64,000 nucleotides of DNA, from the NCBI GenBank assembly GCA_964035545.1, contig OZ037766.1, forward strand, positions 1,984,001-2,048,000, given 5' to 3'. The notes under the pieces were generated by a model that was not told where the DNA came from, made no database searches, and saw nothing but the letters and a program-made list of their open reading frames with translations. Positions 27,201 to 38,043 of the stretch are shown piece by piece; within the stretch, counting starts at the first letter, position 1; each line of letters begins with the position of its first letter. The DNA comes from Bugula neritina. Its lineage: Eukaryota; Animalia; Bryozoa. Both the position numbers and the translations under genes were made by a program.

Positions 27201-30200
27201 ACTCATTCCCCTACCTCTCTGTGGCATTCCCTACCGTAATGGTGGCACGTACTCTACATGTAGATAGGACCTTCTCTTGCTTATTACTTAGTGTGCACGT
27301 TATATATACCTGTATATTTTTATCAGTTGTTGTTTTTTTTTTTGTATATACTTTTATACTGTTCTCTTACCCCCCACAACGAAGTATACGTTTTTTTATG
27401 TAAATTTTATTTTATCAGAAAGTGGGCTTTCTGCTGGAGGGGGCAGTGTGGTGGCTCGTGGAGCTACCAGCAACACAATACGCAAGGTTGCGTATTGACC
27501 CGGAACAATGTATTAGCCAATTAGCTAGGCTGTTTTATAAGTAATAGTAGCCGCTTCGCGCTACTAGCTCAGTTGAGGATAGTGCTGTAAATTAAATAGA
27601 CGTGCGTATCATTACTGTTGTACATTGGATTTTATTATGTATTCTTGTATTAAATATAACGATATCTACTCAACTTAACTGGTGAAGTTTCTCTAGTGAT
27701 AACAGACTCTCTTGGTGACACATCAACCCTAAATCTGAAAACTATAACACTATTAGGTTGTAAATGTTACAATACCTAATTACAAGTAATTTACTGGTCT
27801 ATTAGGTTGTAAATGTTACAATACCTAATTACAAGTAATTTACTAGTCTATTAGGTTGTATATGTTGCTATACGTACAGGAAGTTTGAGTCACAAGCGAA
27901 TGGAATCTTGAAGCAATGCTGGGCCAAGGACCGTCAGTACACGTCTGAACTATTGGTGAGAGAAGCAAGCAACTGGGGGGACTGCACCGTCCTCTCATTG
28001 GCTTACAACGCTGAGATGGAAGAATTCCTGGCACAGCCGGCTTGCTATAATAAGCTAAACAAAATATGGAGAGGAGATATCTCACTACAAACACCGGTGT
28101 GGCGGGTGAGTCATGAGTAGCTACTGTAGAGATCAGTGTGGAAGATAAGTCATGAGTACTGTAGAGATCAGTGTGAGGGTGAGTCATGAATATTGTAGAG
28201 ATCAGTGTGGAGGGTGAGTCATGAGTACTGTAGAGATCAGTGTGAAGGATGAGTCATGAGTACTGTAGAGATCAGTGTGGAGGGTGAGTCATGATTACTG
28301 TAGAGATAAGTGTGGAGGGTGAGTCATGAGTACTGTAGAGATCAGTGTGAAGGGTGAGTCATAAGTACTGTAGAGATCAGTGTGAGGGTGAGTCATGAGT
28401 ATTGTAGGCTTTGTTATGCTAGAAAAGTTTTAGTACGCTACATAATACATTTCGGACTGACAACTTCTTGACGCGAAAACAAGTTTTGAGTTATTTACCT
28501 GCAAATTTCTTTTGTTTTTTTCAACTGCAGATATTCTTGTTTTTACCTGCAGATATTTCTGTTTGCCATACTACCAATCATGGTGCCTCTACTGAAGTTT
28601 GTTCGTAAGAAGGATACGGACCCCCGTATGGACGAGAGAGAGGGTGACCCCGTTTACCTTGCTGACCTCACCAGAAATGACGACGAGGACAAGTCTCCCG
28701 TGATGCTGAAACCTTTGATTAACGTGAAACTGAGAGCCCGGAACGAGAAAGAGATTTCTTACTTTAAGGCCATTTACAGGGCGTTCAGGTCTCCCATTGT
28801 CAAGTGTATTCACTACTCAGTAAGTAGTGCCTTAGCAGTGTATTCACTACTCAGTAAGTAGTGCCTTAGTAGTGTATGCATTATTCAGTAAGCAGTGCTT
28901 TAGTAGTGTATTCACTACTCAGTAAGTAGTGCCTTAGCAGTGTATTCACTACTCAGTAAGTAGTGCCTTAGTAGTGTATTCACCACTCAGTAAGTAGTGC
29001 CTTAGTAGTGTATGCACTGCTCAGTAAGTAGTGCCTTAGTAGTGTATTCACTACTCAGTAAGTAGTGCCTTAGTAGTGTATGCACTGCTCAGTAAGTAGT
29101 GCCTTAGTAGTGTATTAACTACTCAGTAAGTAGTGCCTTAGTAGTGTATTCACTACTCAGTAAGTAGTGCCTTAGTAGTGTATTCACTACTCAGTAAGTA
29201 GTGCCTTAGTAGTGTATTAACTACTCAGTAAGTAGTGCCTTAGTAGTGTATTCACTACTCAGTAAGTAGTGCCTTAGTAAGTTTTTAATGTGATATTATT
29301 TGCACAAAAATAAAATAAGTAATATTCTCACTGAGTACATATTTGGTGCACTTATCAGAAAACTAAACTTTACAATCTCAATGTTGTATGTTTTGTAAAG
29401 TAAGAAGAAATCTATCTGAGAGAGAAAATGTTTAGTACTTAAATTTAAGTATTACATACGTGCTTTTCTTTGGAAAGTTTTACACATCATAATATTACTT
29501 TGATGTACAGATTTACAGCTACATCTATAATCAGTGCATTATTCCTGCAGTTCTCTTAATTTAAAAAATATATTCTTAAGGTGATACAGTAGGCTACGAG
29601 GGAATTTGAGAAAGCCTGTTTTCTAGTTGAGCAGTATTGCAAAAGAAGTTATGTTCTTATAACATTTTCAAACCTTGCTCTAAACCAATCAAAGAACTTG
29701 GGCTGAAGATATTTTGTGTCACTGAATCTAAATAGTCTGTCTGTTAGCACTGAAGACTTCAAAACTTACGAATTGTAGCTGGCATAAACAGAAAGATAAA
29801 TTTCATAGTATAGGAATCTTGACTGTTGTACAGCTTGGGATTATGTAAGGTTATAATATATTGATGCTTTTAAAACTTTGTTGATGACGCTTTGCTTGCC
29901 TACATCATAGAATACTTCTTTACGGTTTTGAAAACAATGTTTTAGTTAATTTCAGAAGGTCTTGGATTTTCCAAGGATGCAGAAGACCTTTTTCCTTGAT
30001 CTTTTCACCATTTTCACCATTTTCATATTTTTTATCGTTATTGTAGATGTTATTCATCTTCTTCCTGATAATCTACTCGCTGTTCCTAATGACTGAGTTG
30101 CGACCCTTCACCGGGCTGGTTGCTGACATGAACACAACGTGCAAGATCTGTTGTATCGGTACTACATCTGCACATGTCGGCTGCTTCGAGACTATCACTT

Positions 30201-33200
30201 ACATAACGGCTTTCTCCATGCTTCTGGAAGAAATCCGCCAGGTTTCTATCTTAATCAAACAAGTTTACAATTGTTAATTTTTTTGAATAATATTTTACTA
30301 TATTTTGTTATAATGCTTATTAAATTATTAGAATGAGTTTATATATTACTATTCATTGCTGTAGCTATAACTCCTAGATTTATTGAAGTCATTATCTTGT
30401 AGGTGTTATTCAGAGATGATCGACCAATCAAGTACATCCGTCAGAAGGTAGAGGATTGGATACGAGATTTCTGGAACCAGATAGACATTCTCTCCTATGC
30501 ATTGTTTATTACAGCTATAGTCCTGAGGTTCACCTTCTCTACCCGCAAGTTTGAGTGGGCCAGGGGACTTTTCTGTTTCTCTTTTATGATCTACTTTATC
30601 AGATTCAGTCAAATTTTGTTCGTCGTCGAGCAACTTGGACCGAAGATTATCATGATTAAGAAAATGGTGAGTGATATTTTTTTGAAGTTATAATGAAATA
30701 CTTACTATGAATTGATTTACTTTGGGAATCTAAGCTAAAGTTGATTAAACTATTTTATGTAAAAAAGTATTTAAAAAAATTAAATTCATAAAAAGCTATT
30801 TCAGAAATTTGTCCCCAATCAAGTCATTTGCATTATGTAAACTTAAAGTTTCACAAGAAAAATAATTAAAATTTAATATTTATCACAAAAAGTGGTAATT
30901 ATTGAAAGTTTAAATTACCTTGTTGATAAATTATTTTGAAAGCAATAAATACTTAGTGCAGCGTAAGCTTTACTATGGCATTGCAAGGTGAATATACGAG
31001 TAATTCAAAGTTCATTTCATGTGGTTGTGCAGTCCAAAGTTACTCAATAAAATATACCAGCTAGTTTCAAGTATATAAATATTATGTTAGTCTGGAAGAA
31101 GATTGCAGCTATAATGCAGAGTAAGGGTGATGCACCTCTCGTCCCTATATCTTGCAGATGGTTGATTTGATATTCTTCCTGGTTATCTTGTTGATGACAA
31201 TCCTTGCATTTGGAGTTATCTGCCAAGCCATTCTCAATCCTGAGGCTTCCCTTACTTGGAATATTATCAAAGATGTTATCTACTGGCCGTACTTCCAAAT
31301 GTATGGAGAGTTGTTCTTGGAAGATGGCTTCCAGGAAGGTTAGCAAAATAAGTAAAGTTTAGCCATGCAGCTAAACTCTAACAGCAGTTGCTGAGTTTGT
31401 GGAGAACAGTGTTTGCCACATTTGTTCAAACTCATGTGAATCAACTAAAAATAGATGCTGCAATTGATTTTTTAAAATAAATTTCTATTAGAAAATCAAA
31501 TACTCAATAAACTAGATATAGTTTGATATGCTAGTTCAGCTTAAATAATTTCTCGCTGAGATATTTATGTAGATGTTGAAATAGAGAATTTATTTTTAAA
31601 GGATTGCTCAATCTTAGTTTATTACAATCACATTATAATTATGAACTATAATTTAATGTGTATGCAAACAATTGTGACTTTGCAAAGGGATATGTGCCTA
31701 GAAAACAGCTTTTCAAAATTCCAATTTTGAGGGCGATAAAATTTTCAGCCATGAAAAAGAATAGCCTAATACGTGACGTGTGAACGCCAGTAACTATGCT
31801 GCACGTGCTAACTATAACGCTAGTATTCAAGGTTGCTGAGCACAATATCAACCAATAACGCTCAAGCAGTTACAGTGCGCTATATAGGTCAACTTTGGTG
31901 CGCCCGTAATATTGCACAATCTGACCTAGTTTAGATCGATCGCAGGCATTCATCCTAAAGAATGCATGTTTTTGCAATGCTTTTTTCTAATGGTTACAAG
32001 CAAAATATAGCCTAATGTTATTACATACATGTTATTTAAAATGTCAAAAAACTATAGATTAAGAGAATTCACATTTGCACTTCTATAAATATACAAATTA
32101 CGAGCTGAAAGATCACATCTCACAGTCATATTTCTATAGTTATTCATTTGTATAGTCACGTGACCAGCAGGAATGCTGGCGCTGTTACGTCACAGTTCCC
32201 AGCTCATTTCAAAATCGGCGTTTTGGCTGTTACCAATCTACACCCTCAACTTCAACTAACTTTTTCTACCTTTGGTCAAATGCTTTTTGTCAATGCATGC
32301 TTAGAAAAACACAATATTATGTGTGTTTGACCTAAATGGCCATTTATTAGACAAGATAGAGCAATCCTTTAAGACATTTTAAGTAGTTTTGTATTACTTA
32401 AAGAAGTGATTCAAACGGTTCAGTTTGCACTTAGATGAACCTTTGTTTTGTAGGGTATAGATGGGTACTACTTGGTATATACATGATACTAACAAACATT
32501 CTACTCCTCAACCTGCTTATTGCTATGTTCAGGTTTGTAGCTATTATATCAAATTTTCTCACTCTTGTCACCTGTCACTTATGTGTCCTGTCTCTCATGT
32601 CACCTGTTGCTCATCTCATCTCTCACTCATGTCACCTATCTCACTCATGTCACCTCTCACTCATGTCACTCCTTTCACTCATGTCACCTATTACTAATGT
32701 CACCTGTTACTCATGTCACCTGTCTCACCCATGTCACCTATCTCACCCATGTCACCTCTCTCACTCTTGTCTCCTGTTACTCATGTCATCTTTCACTCAT
32801 GTCAACTCTGGCTCATAGTCTTTGGTGTTTAAAATGCTATGCATTAGTAGGTCTCAATCTTTCCGATAATTTATAGAATGTAGCAGCAAATATTGGTTTG
32901 GAGTTTGGAAAAACATATTATATTATTATATCAATGCTTTTGTATCTGTTAGTTAAGTTCTATTTTCATTTGTTCCCCTTTTGTGATTTTTTCTGACCGT
33001 TTCGTGTTTACAGTTACACGTTTGAGCAAGTTCAGGAGAAGTCTGAGATACTGTGGAAGTTTAACTACTACGCAGTTGTATACGAGCACTTTGACAGACC
33101 CTATGTCCCTCTAATCGGTACTCTTGTTCAGATGTTGAGACACTGTAACTGTGGGAAATGTTCAACTATACTGGGCGGCCATCGGAATACAGACTTCAGT

Positions 33201-34664
33201 GAGTGGCAACACCTTTTTTCTTGCCTTTGGCTTACAGGGAAATAAGTTTTGATATTCATAACTCTTAATCAGAAAACATAGAAATTGCTCTAATTTTCTG
33301 GTAGTCTACATAGTGTACAGGTTTTACTGAGTGACTAGGAAATGGTGCTAAATTAGTCATTACTATCTGAGCTTCTTTAGAAAATTATGTGAAGTAGTGT
33401 TTCATTTGCTCCAGTGAGTAGTGATGTCATAACTTGTGTTTCCTGAAAATTTTCTGCCAGGCACATGAAAGGACATTAATGCAGTGTTGGCTTGTTTCTC
33501 TTTTACAACCAGTTTTTGCCATATCAAAAATTTATTCTATTTTTCCCCGAGATGTTTTATGCTAAAAAGTAATAATATTAACCTAAAATTAAATTAAATA
33601 TCTTTAGTTAAAATTTTTCTCCAGTCATATTTATTTGTAGACACTAAATTTTGTTATTTAAAATGCATTGCACCTTGTAACTAAACAGTTGAAAAGAAAG
33701 TTCCATACTATGGCATGTTTTAATAGCCGTGAGATAGTGAGCCAGTTTATAAAAAGTTAAAGTTGGACTCACTGATATAAATAAATTTTCTGATGACAAG
33801 AGAAATATATTCACATATTTGTTTTAAGGAAAAAAACTGGAGCCTGAGATGAACAAGAAAATAACAAAGTTTGTGAAGGTGTGTATGGAGAAGTACGTAG
33901 TGCAGCAGACGAGATTGTCCAGTGAAGATATTACTCACAAAGTTACCAATACTGCTCGCAGGTAAGGCAACAATGCCATATACTCTGTTCTATATTTTAG
34001 ATATACTTTGTATGATATATAATATATATTATATATTGCATATTATATTTATTATATACAGGTATGCTATTACATTATATATTTTAAATATATAATATAT
34101 AATATTATATATGTTGCATATGCTGACAGGTTAGAACTAGTTATTGAACAACTCGATGACTTGAGAGATGATGTGATCAAACAGCAGCAGTCTGAGTCAT
34201 CCTCTCTAAAGGAATCACTTCCAGAACCTTCCAGGTATGCTTTGCAACAGTACATACATATATAAACAGTCTGTTAGTTTACCTATGGTATTTGACTTTG
34301 CTGTGTGATTATTGTCATTATGTATATATATGTGTGTGTGTGCGTACATGCGTGTGTGTGTGTGTGTGTGCGTGCGCGCGCGTGTGTGTGTGTGTGTGTG
34401 TGTGATGTACATGCGTGTGTGTGATGTACATTATTGTATCACTCTTTACTTTATTGTAGACCAGCCCACCACTTGAATCAAGAAAACTTAGCCATCTTTG
34501 ATTCAAAACTCGAGAGTAAATTCAAAGCATTGGATACTCTGCAAACGAGACTCGAGAGTAAACTGTCGAGTCTGAGTAGCGTTGAGTCAAAACTCGATCA
34601 ACTCATGTCCATGGTGAGTCAGAAGAGTAAGAGGGTTGGTGACTCACCTTTTGATGACCTCTAG
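9262..34664 (+). CDS. TRPM: TRPM-family cation channel paralogue A (invertebrate TRPM2-like pore, no NUDT9H), multi-exon, about 1427 aa
   Basis: Phase-consistent GT-AG exons: 9262-9412, 10443-10601, 11176-11358, 11921-11953, 12571-12694, 13094-13232, 13971-14154, 14497-14666, 14830-15022, 15308-15503, 16112-16217, 16852-17082, 17820-17966, 18280-18351 (donor uncertain, may be 18360), 18591-18717, 19032-19160, 19533-19632, 27880-28105, 28553-28819, 30047-30241, 30403-30666, 31158-31338, 32454-32532, 33014-33198, 33829-33961, 34130-34234, 34460-34664. TRPM motifs: WKLPDPKLIVSIVGG, LGIASWG, LDPNHSHFILVDDG, LALAWNRVDYAR, LEEIRQ / DFWNQID (Ca site), LGPKIIMIKKM, YFQMYGELFLED, NILLLNLLIAMF, TRP box, C-terminal coiled coil. 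The first five exons are less certain than the core. Confidence 0.93.
15031..15307 (+). repeat. 60-bp minisatellite (about 4.6 copies) made of the duplicated 3' splice site
   Basis: Unit ACTCTCAGTCTATAGTTTATACTGTTGCTACATGCAG-GCACCTCCCCCTACTAATAGTAT fills almost the whole intron. Confidence 0.95.
19623..20045 (+). repeat. 20-bp minisatellite (about 21 copies) made of the duplicated 5' splice site
   Basis: Unit about CTAGGTCACT-GTAAGTAATA; the first copy is the true exon end and donor (CTAGTTCATT|GTAAGT). Confidence 0.92.
20302..20604 (+). repeat. 5' LTR of element 1
   Basis: TGTGGTGG...ATAACA; direct repeat of 27447-27749 (302/303 identical by eye). Confidence 0.97.
20606..20623 (+). promoter_or_regulatory. 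Primer-binding site complementary to the tRNA-Leu 3' end (element 1)
   Basis: TGGTGGCAGCGGTGGGAT is the reverse complement of ...AUCCCACCGCUGCCACCA (metazoan tRNA-Leu AAG/TAG 3' end); it lies 1 nt after the LTR. Confidence 0.9.
20638..21504 (+). CDS. gag: Gag of element 1 (288 aa), with a degenerate CCHC knuckle
   Basis: ORF directly after the PBS; LKAPTFTG..VEQFIQEF capsid-like region, collinear with element 2 Gag. Confidence 0.9.
   Translation: METENARMQPPPVEGERRNAVNPVNREGEEAYRHCLKAPTFTGSEDVEQFIQEFREVMEVAQWPQRVALIQLRRAVTEQAKPYGVGTDVDGILAALRARFGTSVIDARTKLERLCRTPRTSLQEHAATVKKLAQIAYSDLPAQHQERYTYDAFVQSLNDLGLDHHLRAKGITRIEDALKAGEAYLLATQMHRAQRNPPVVGVSAARATTGSEALPLEAEVDRMVEMLGQLVTILAGAGPGQALRMPPTPVGQGWSSADQDQGQKGRPQYQGALNCHGPRTHSLPAGRN
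21453..21497 (+). promoter_or_regulatory. -1 programmed ribosomal frameshift signal, gag to pol (element 1)
   Basis: G TTA AAC slippery heptamer in the gag frame, 5-nt spacer, 10-bp stem CGGCCCGCGG / CCGCGGGCCG with a 13-nt loop. The -1 frame is open and homologous to the element 2 pol N-terminus. Confidence 0.8.
21809..26083 (+). CDS. pol: Pol of element 1: aspartic protease, RT, RNase H, integrase; interrupted by an in-frame TGA at 24254-24256
   Basis: LLDSGC protease, YLDD RT, TDAS..GAVL RNase H, HHCC (THKQAH..CEIC), D-D-E core (VDLVG, SDQG, VERNN), GPY motif. ORFs 21809-24256 and 24323-26083 share a frame. Confidence 0.95.
26045..27174 (+). CDS. ORF3 of element 1: zinc-finger plus coiled-coil protein (unspliced 26101-27174, 357 aa; spliced 26045-26069 + 26381-27174, 272 aa)
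   Basis: CNLC-x12-H-x3-H followed by CPC-x12-H-x5-C; heptad-rich C-terminus; no evident signal peptide or TM segment; homologous to element 2 ORF3. Confidence 0.8.
27416..27446 (+). promoter_or_regulatory. Conserved hairpin plus polypurine tract (element 1)
   Basis: CAGAAAG-tggg-CTTTCTG, then GGAGGGGGCAG abutting the 3' LTR. Confidence 0.8.
27447..27749 (+). repeat. 3' LTR of element 1
   Basis: Direct repeat of 20302-20604, followed by TSD CTAT. Confidence 0.97.
27754..27870 (+). repeat. 49-bp minisatellite interrupted by element 1 (another copy at 20257-20301)
   Basis: TAGGTTGTAAATGTTACAATACCTAATTACAAGTAATTTACTGGTCTAT units on both sides of the LTR element. Confidence 0.9.
28097..28407 (+). 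repeat. 30/31-bp donor-site minisatellite (about 10 copies)
   Basis: GTGTGGAGG-GTGAGTCATGAGTACTGTAGAGATCA units starting at the exon end. Confidence 0.92.
28803..29280 (+). repeat. 34-bp donor-site minisatellite (about 14 copies)
   Basis: AGTGTATTCACTACTCA-GTAAGTAGTGCCTTAGT units; the first copy is the exon end plus donor. Confidence 0.95.
31600..32368. mobile_element. Non-autonomous DNA transposon (MITE) with TTAA TSD, Kolobok-like ends
   Basis: TTAA|AGGATTGCTC(A/T)ATCTT ... AAGATAGAGCAATCCT|TTAA terminal inverted repeats; no coding capacity. Confidence 0.75.
32560..32810 (+). repeat. Degenerate 17-19-bp minisatellite (TCACTCATGTCACCT core)
   Basis: Tandem copies just downstream of the S6 exon of gene A. 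Confidence 0.85.
34331..34425. repeat. (TG)n microsatellite
   Basis: Directly visible. Confidence 0.95.
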
Positions 34665-37600
34665 AACTTGTTTCTGGTTTCCGGAATGTTGGAGAATGCT
34701 AGAATATGTTGCATGAGGTGTCAGATGACCCCCTGGACTATACTATTGTGAGGGAAACATCTTTTTAAATAATTATTACAGAAAGTGCCTTTTGATGTCC
34801 TACTTCTGGCTGCTGCCATACCTTGTGCCTTATTCTAACTGCTGCCATACGTTGTGCCTTATTCTAACTCTACTAAATTTCTCTTACCTGGTTTAACTCA
34901 GTCTTCTCAGCTGTCAGGTTATAGATATGAGGTGAGAGATAAAACTACCTGACTGAGTACAATATATTGTACTTGATTGTAACTCCTTAGGTCAAGTCCT
35001 TCCTTAAGTGTCCTTGAGTATTGGAGTAGTTGGTTTAAGTAAGCCTCCACACTAACTGTGTTTTATATTCTCCTCTGAGACTTTAGTTACTGGTTATTAT
35101 ATTGAGATAAATTACCTGCCTGACAGCCTCTTTACCTGCTTGATCTCTATGGTCAGAGTTTTTAAAGTAAATTCTTTTTTAATGAATCTGTTTATTTATT
35201 TGACAACTCCCATATCAGATGTTTGGCATTACTTCTTTCTGGTAGTTGCCTTCCTTACATGCTCATTAAATGCCACAGTTCAGCCTTTACTGTTTTTTCT
35301 GGAATATTCCAAGTTCTTCACTTCTTACACTTTTCTACTCTTTCCTTCATCTTATTTTTTCATGCAATCAATTGTGATATATTTACCTTTTGAGCCTAAA
35401 TGATCTCAGCCTCCTTTTTAATACTTTTTTCTCTAAAAACAATCAATTTTTGCTAAAAAGCTGGTATGTAATGAAGTATTAGATAAATAGTGTGAAATAA
35501 AGCACCACAACTTGCTTCCTCAGTTCAACACAAGTCAACATGAATATTCATACAGTGTAGCAGTGAGTGGCAAGGTGTTACTGAACTATTTTCTAGTTGG
35601 TAGTGTTCTACAGGTTGTTTTGTTAATTCCGTGGTTGAAATATAAAAATCCAAATAATTTGTCAATAAACACTCTTTCAGTTTATATACTGCTTATATTT
35701 GATGAGAAAACTGTTCGCTGATCTTTTACAATGTTATACTATCATGAGGTAACAGCACCAATATGCAAAGTGTTAGTCTGTGATTTGCAAAATTAAGTTG
35801 AAGAAATCTTTCAAGAACTTCTGGTTATATTTGATTTCTTTTATTAAGTAATGAAAGTTGTTTGTGGTAAAATTACTATATGATTAGTAAACTCGTTGGA
35901 TAGCATTAACATTCCTGTCTCTTTGAGTAGTTATCAGGTGTACTGATTACAACTAGAAGACAATGGTTTTAAGTCTGCCTCTCATACCAGCTAGCATATA
36001 GTTTGGTTTAAGGTGGGAGGTTTTGTACCTTGGTAAGATTGGGTTTAAATTTAGTCTGTTTTTCTATTTTAAAATTTTGTAGATATTGACTAAAAGTTAT
36101 TCATTTATATATACAAATCTAGTGCAGTGAGTTGATTATGTCTGAATTTTTTATATACTTATTACTGAACATATTTATTACATAACAACATATTTGTTTT
36201 TATTGTCTTGTTTTTTACATGCATAGTTTCGTCCATTTTCAATTTTTTTATACATTTTATCTTTTGTTAAATATTATGCAGCGTTTCTTTGTAATTTTGT
36301 ATCTTTTAAATTTTATTTTATTTTTAAAATTACTCATCAGTAAAACTTGAAATTTATGTTCTCGTGAATTTCCAAGTAAAAATTCTGATATTAGATATTT
36401 TTTACAGGACATTTATGAGCCTGTTAATAAAATAAAAAAATTGTTGAATGCATTGGAATTATTTCTTAAATTTAGCTCATTTACCAAACAATATTGTCCA
36501 AACATAGCTTTCTTATTTATAACTACCAACCACTATGTTGTACTGTTACAAAGGCCAAAGGTTAAGGGCTAAAGCTGCACAAATTATAATTACCTAATCA
36601 GTGTGTTTTCTAATATAGAAATAGCAGCCTGTAAACTTCTACTATATTATTTGAATATTGTATCTGAAGCCTGAAGAAGATATTAGAAATTTAGGCGCTT
36701 TTGACAAAAAGTAGGACAAGTAGCTAAAAGGGTCTAAAAAGTATCCCTGCAGTTGCAACTTTTAGCCTTAGAACTTAGGCTAAGTGTATTAGCTGTATCT
36801 GAAACACCCAAGTTACATTCTAACCTGATCAGTATATTCTCGTTATCACGTCTCAACTTCCGTGCCAATTTGTCGAGTTTACCAGAAACAGAAGGTACTG
36901 CAAGCAGAGGCTATTGTTCCTAACGTGAGCTAGGTCTTATTCTGATTGTTTGTGATAACTGCTTCAATTCTAACAGCATGTGCATTATTGTTATATGTGT
37001 TGAATGAAGCCCCACAGTTACAAGTTTTCTTTTCACAGAAAATTGTTTGAGTAAACAAATATTGAATTTAGCATGTCTACATATGCTTATATAGAGTGCT
37101 TTAAATGTAGAATTATTAGTTACCTATCTTAAAACAATGCAAATTATCACAATTTGCGCTAATATAATATGCCCATTGTTGCATATTTTAGTAGCCAGTA
37201 GCAACCTGTACCCTATGAACTTTGCTACGCTAGACATAGCATATTTTAAATATGAACTTGAACAAAAAAATATTGATCCTCATTGATATGCTTTATATAG
37301 TGAACAAAAGCTTCCTGCATAACTACTGTTGTCATGATATTGAATAAATATAATAGTCATTCACTCACTTAATCGTTCGCTTACTCAGTTATTCTTTTAT
37401 TTTGTCGTTCACTTCTTGAATTAGTTTCTCAATGCACAAAGTCAAAGTTGGTTTTTATATTTAGGTAAAAGGTGAACGCAGGTAAGATGGGAATATAAGC
37501 TAGTTCTCTTGACAACTTAAGATTCTTAGTTTTTTGCTTCATTTAATGTTTCTAAAATTTCAACTAAAAATTAAAGTTATTTAAAGTCTATTGCTTTTTT

Positions 37601-38043
37601 TCTATCATGAGACAGAAATGTATTAAATATGTTAGACGCTTTATTATTTTGAGTGTCCAAAGGCACTCTTTATTATAGTAAATGAGATACTAAAGTGTGT
37701 AACTTTATATTGAATAGCTGTGGCTGCTTTTTAAAGTGTTAATCTTAGTAGCTTAACTCATGGGAAATTGGAAATGCTTAAGTATGATCACTGAAAAGCA
37801 TAGACAAGCTCTGCTATTACCTTTAATTTGTCTGTTTTAGCTTTCACAACTTAATAGCATTTTCTTGACCTGCTCATTTTGTCACTTTTTGTTCTTTAAC
37901 TGGTGTTGAATACCAACTGTTTTGTAGAAAGTGACTAGAACCAGACATTATTTGATAAAAATGTAAAACACAGGCTATACACAGGAAGAAAGACAACTAA
38001 TATCAAAATATTGAAACCAGGAACTATCGAATTAACTTTTACC

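Larger units (their letters stand above)
20302..27749 (+). mobile_element. Ty3/Gypsy LTR retrotransposon, element 1 (gag, pol, ORF3), very young insertion in gene A intron 19633-27879
   Basis: 303-bp LTRs (20302-20604, 27447-27749) with TG..CA ends and one mismatch; 4-bp TSD CTAT (20298-20301 / 27750-27753); PBS; PPT; domain order PR-RT-RH-IN. Confidence 0.98.

Noticed and set aside
28803-29280. Regular 34-bp repeats resembling a CRISPR array
   Set aside because: Units are contiguous with no unique spacers, there are no cas genes, and the context is a eukaryotic intron; the unit is the exon/donor junction.
31385-31435. Possible hidden Cys-rich pore-turret exon (AVAEFVENSVCHICSNS)
   Set aside because: It needs a 46-nt intron and a weak donor, has no counterpart in gene B, and the same junction base would create a stop in gene B. 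Not fully excluded without cDNA.
36840-37485. Putative promoter and non-coding first exons of gene B (similarly about 4870-5170 for gene A)
   Set aside because: Only short generic motifs and plausible splice sites; not supportable without transcript data.
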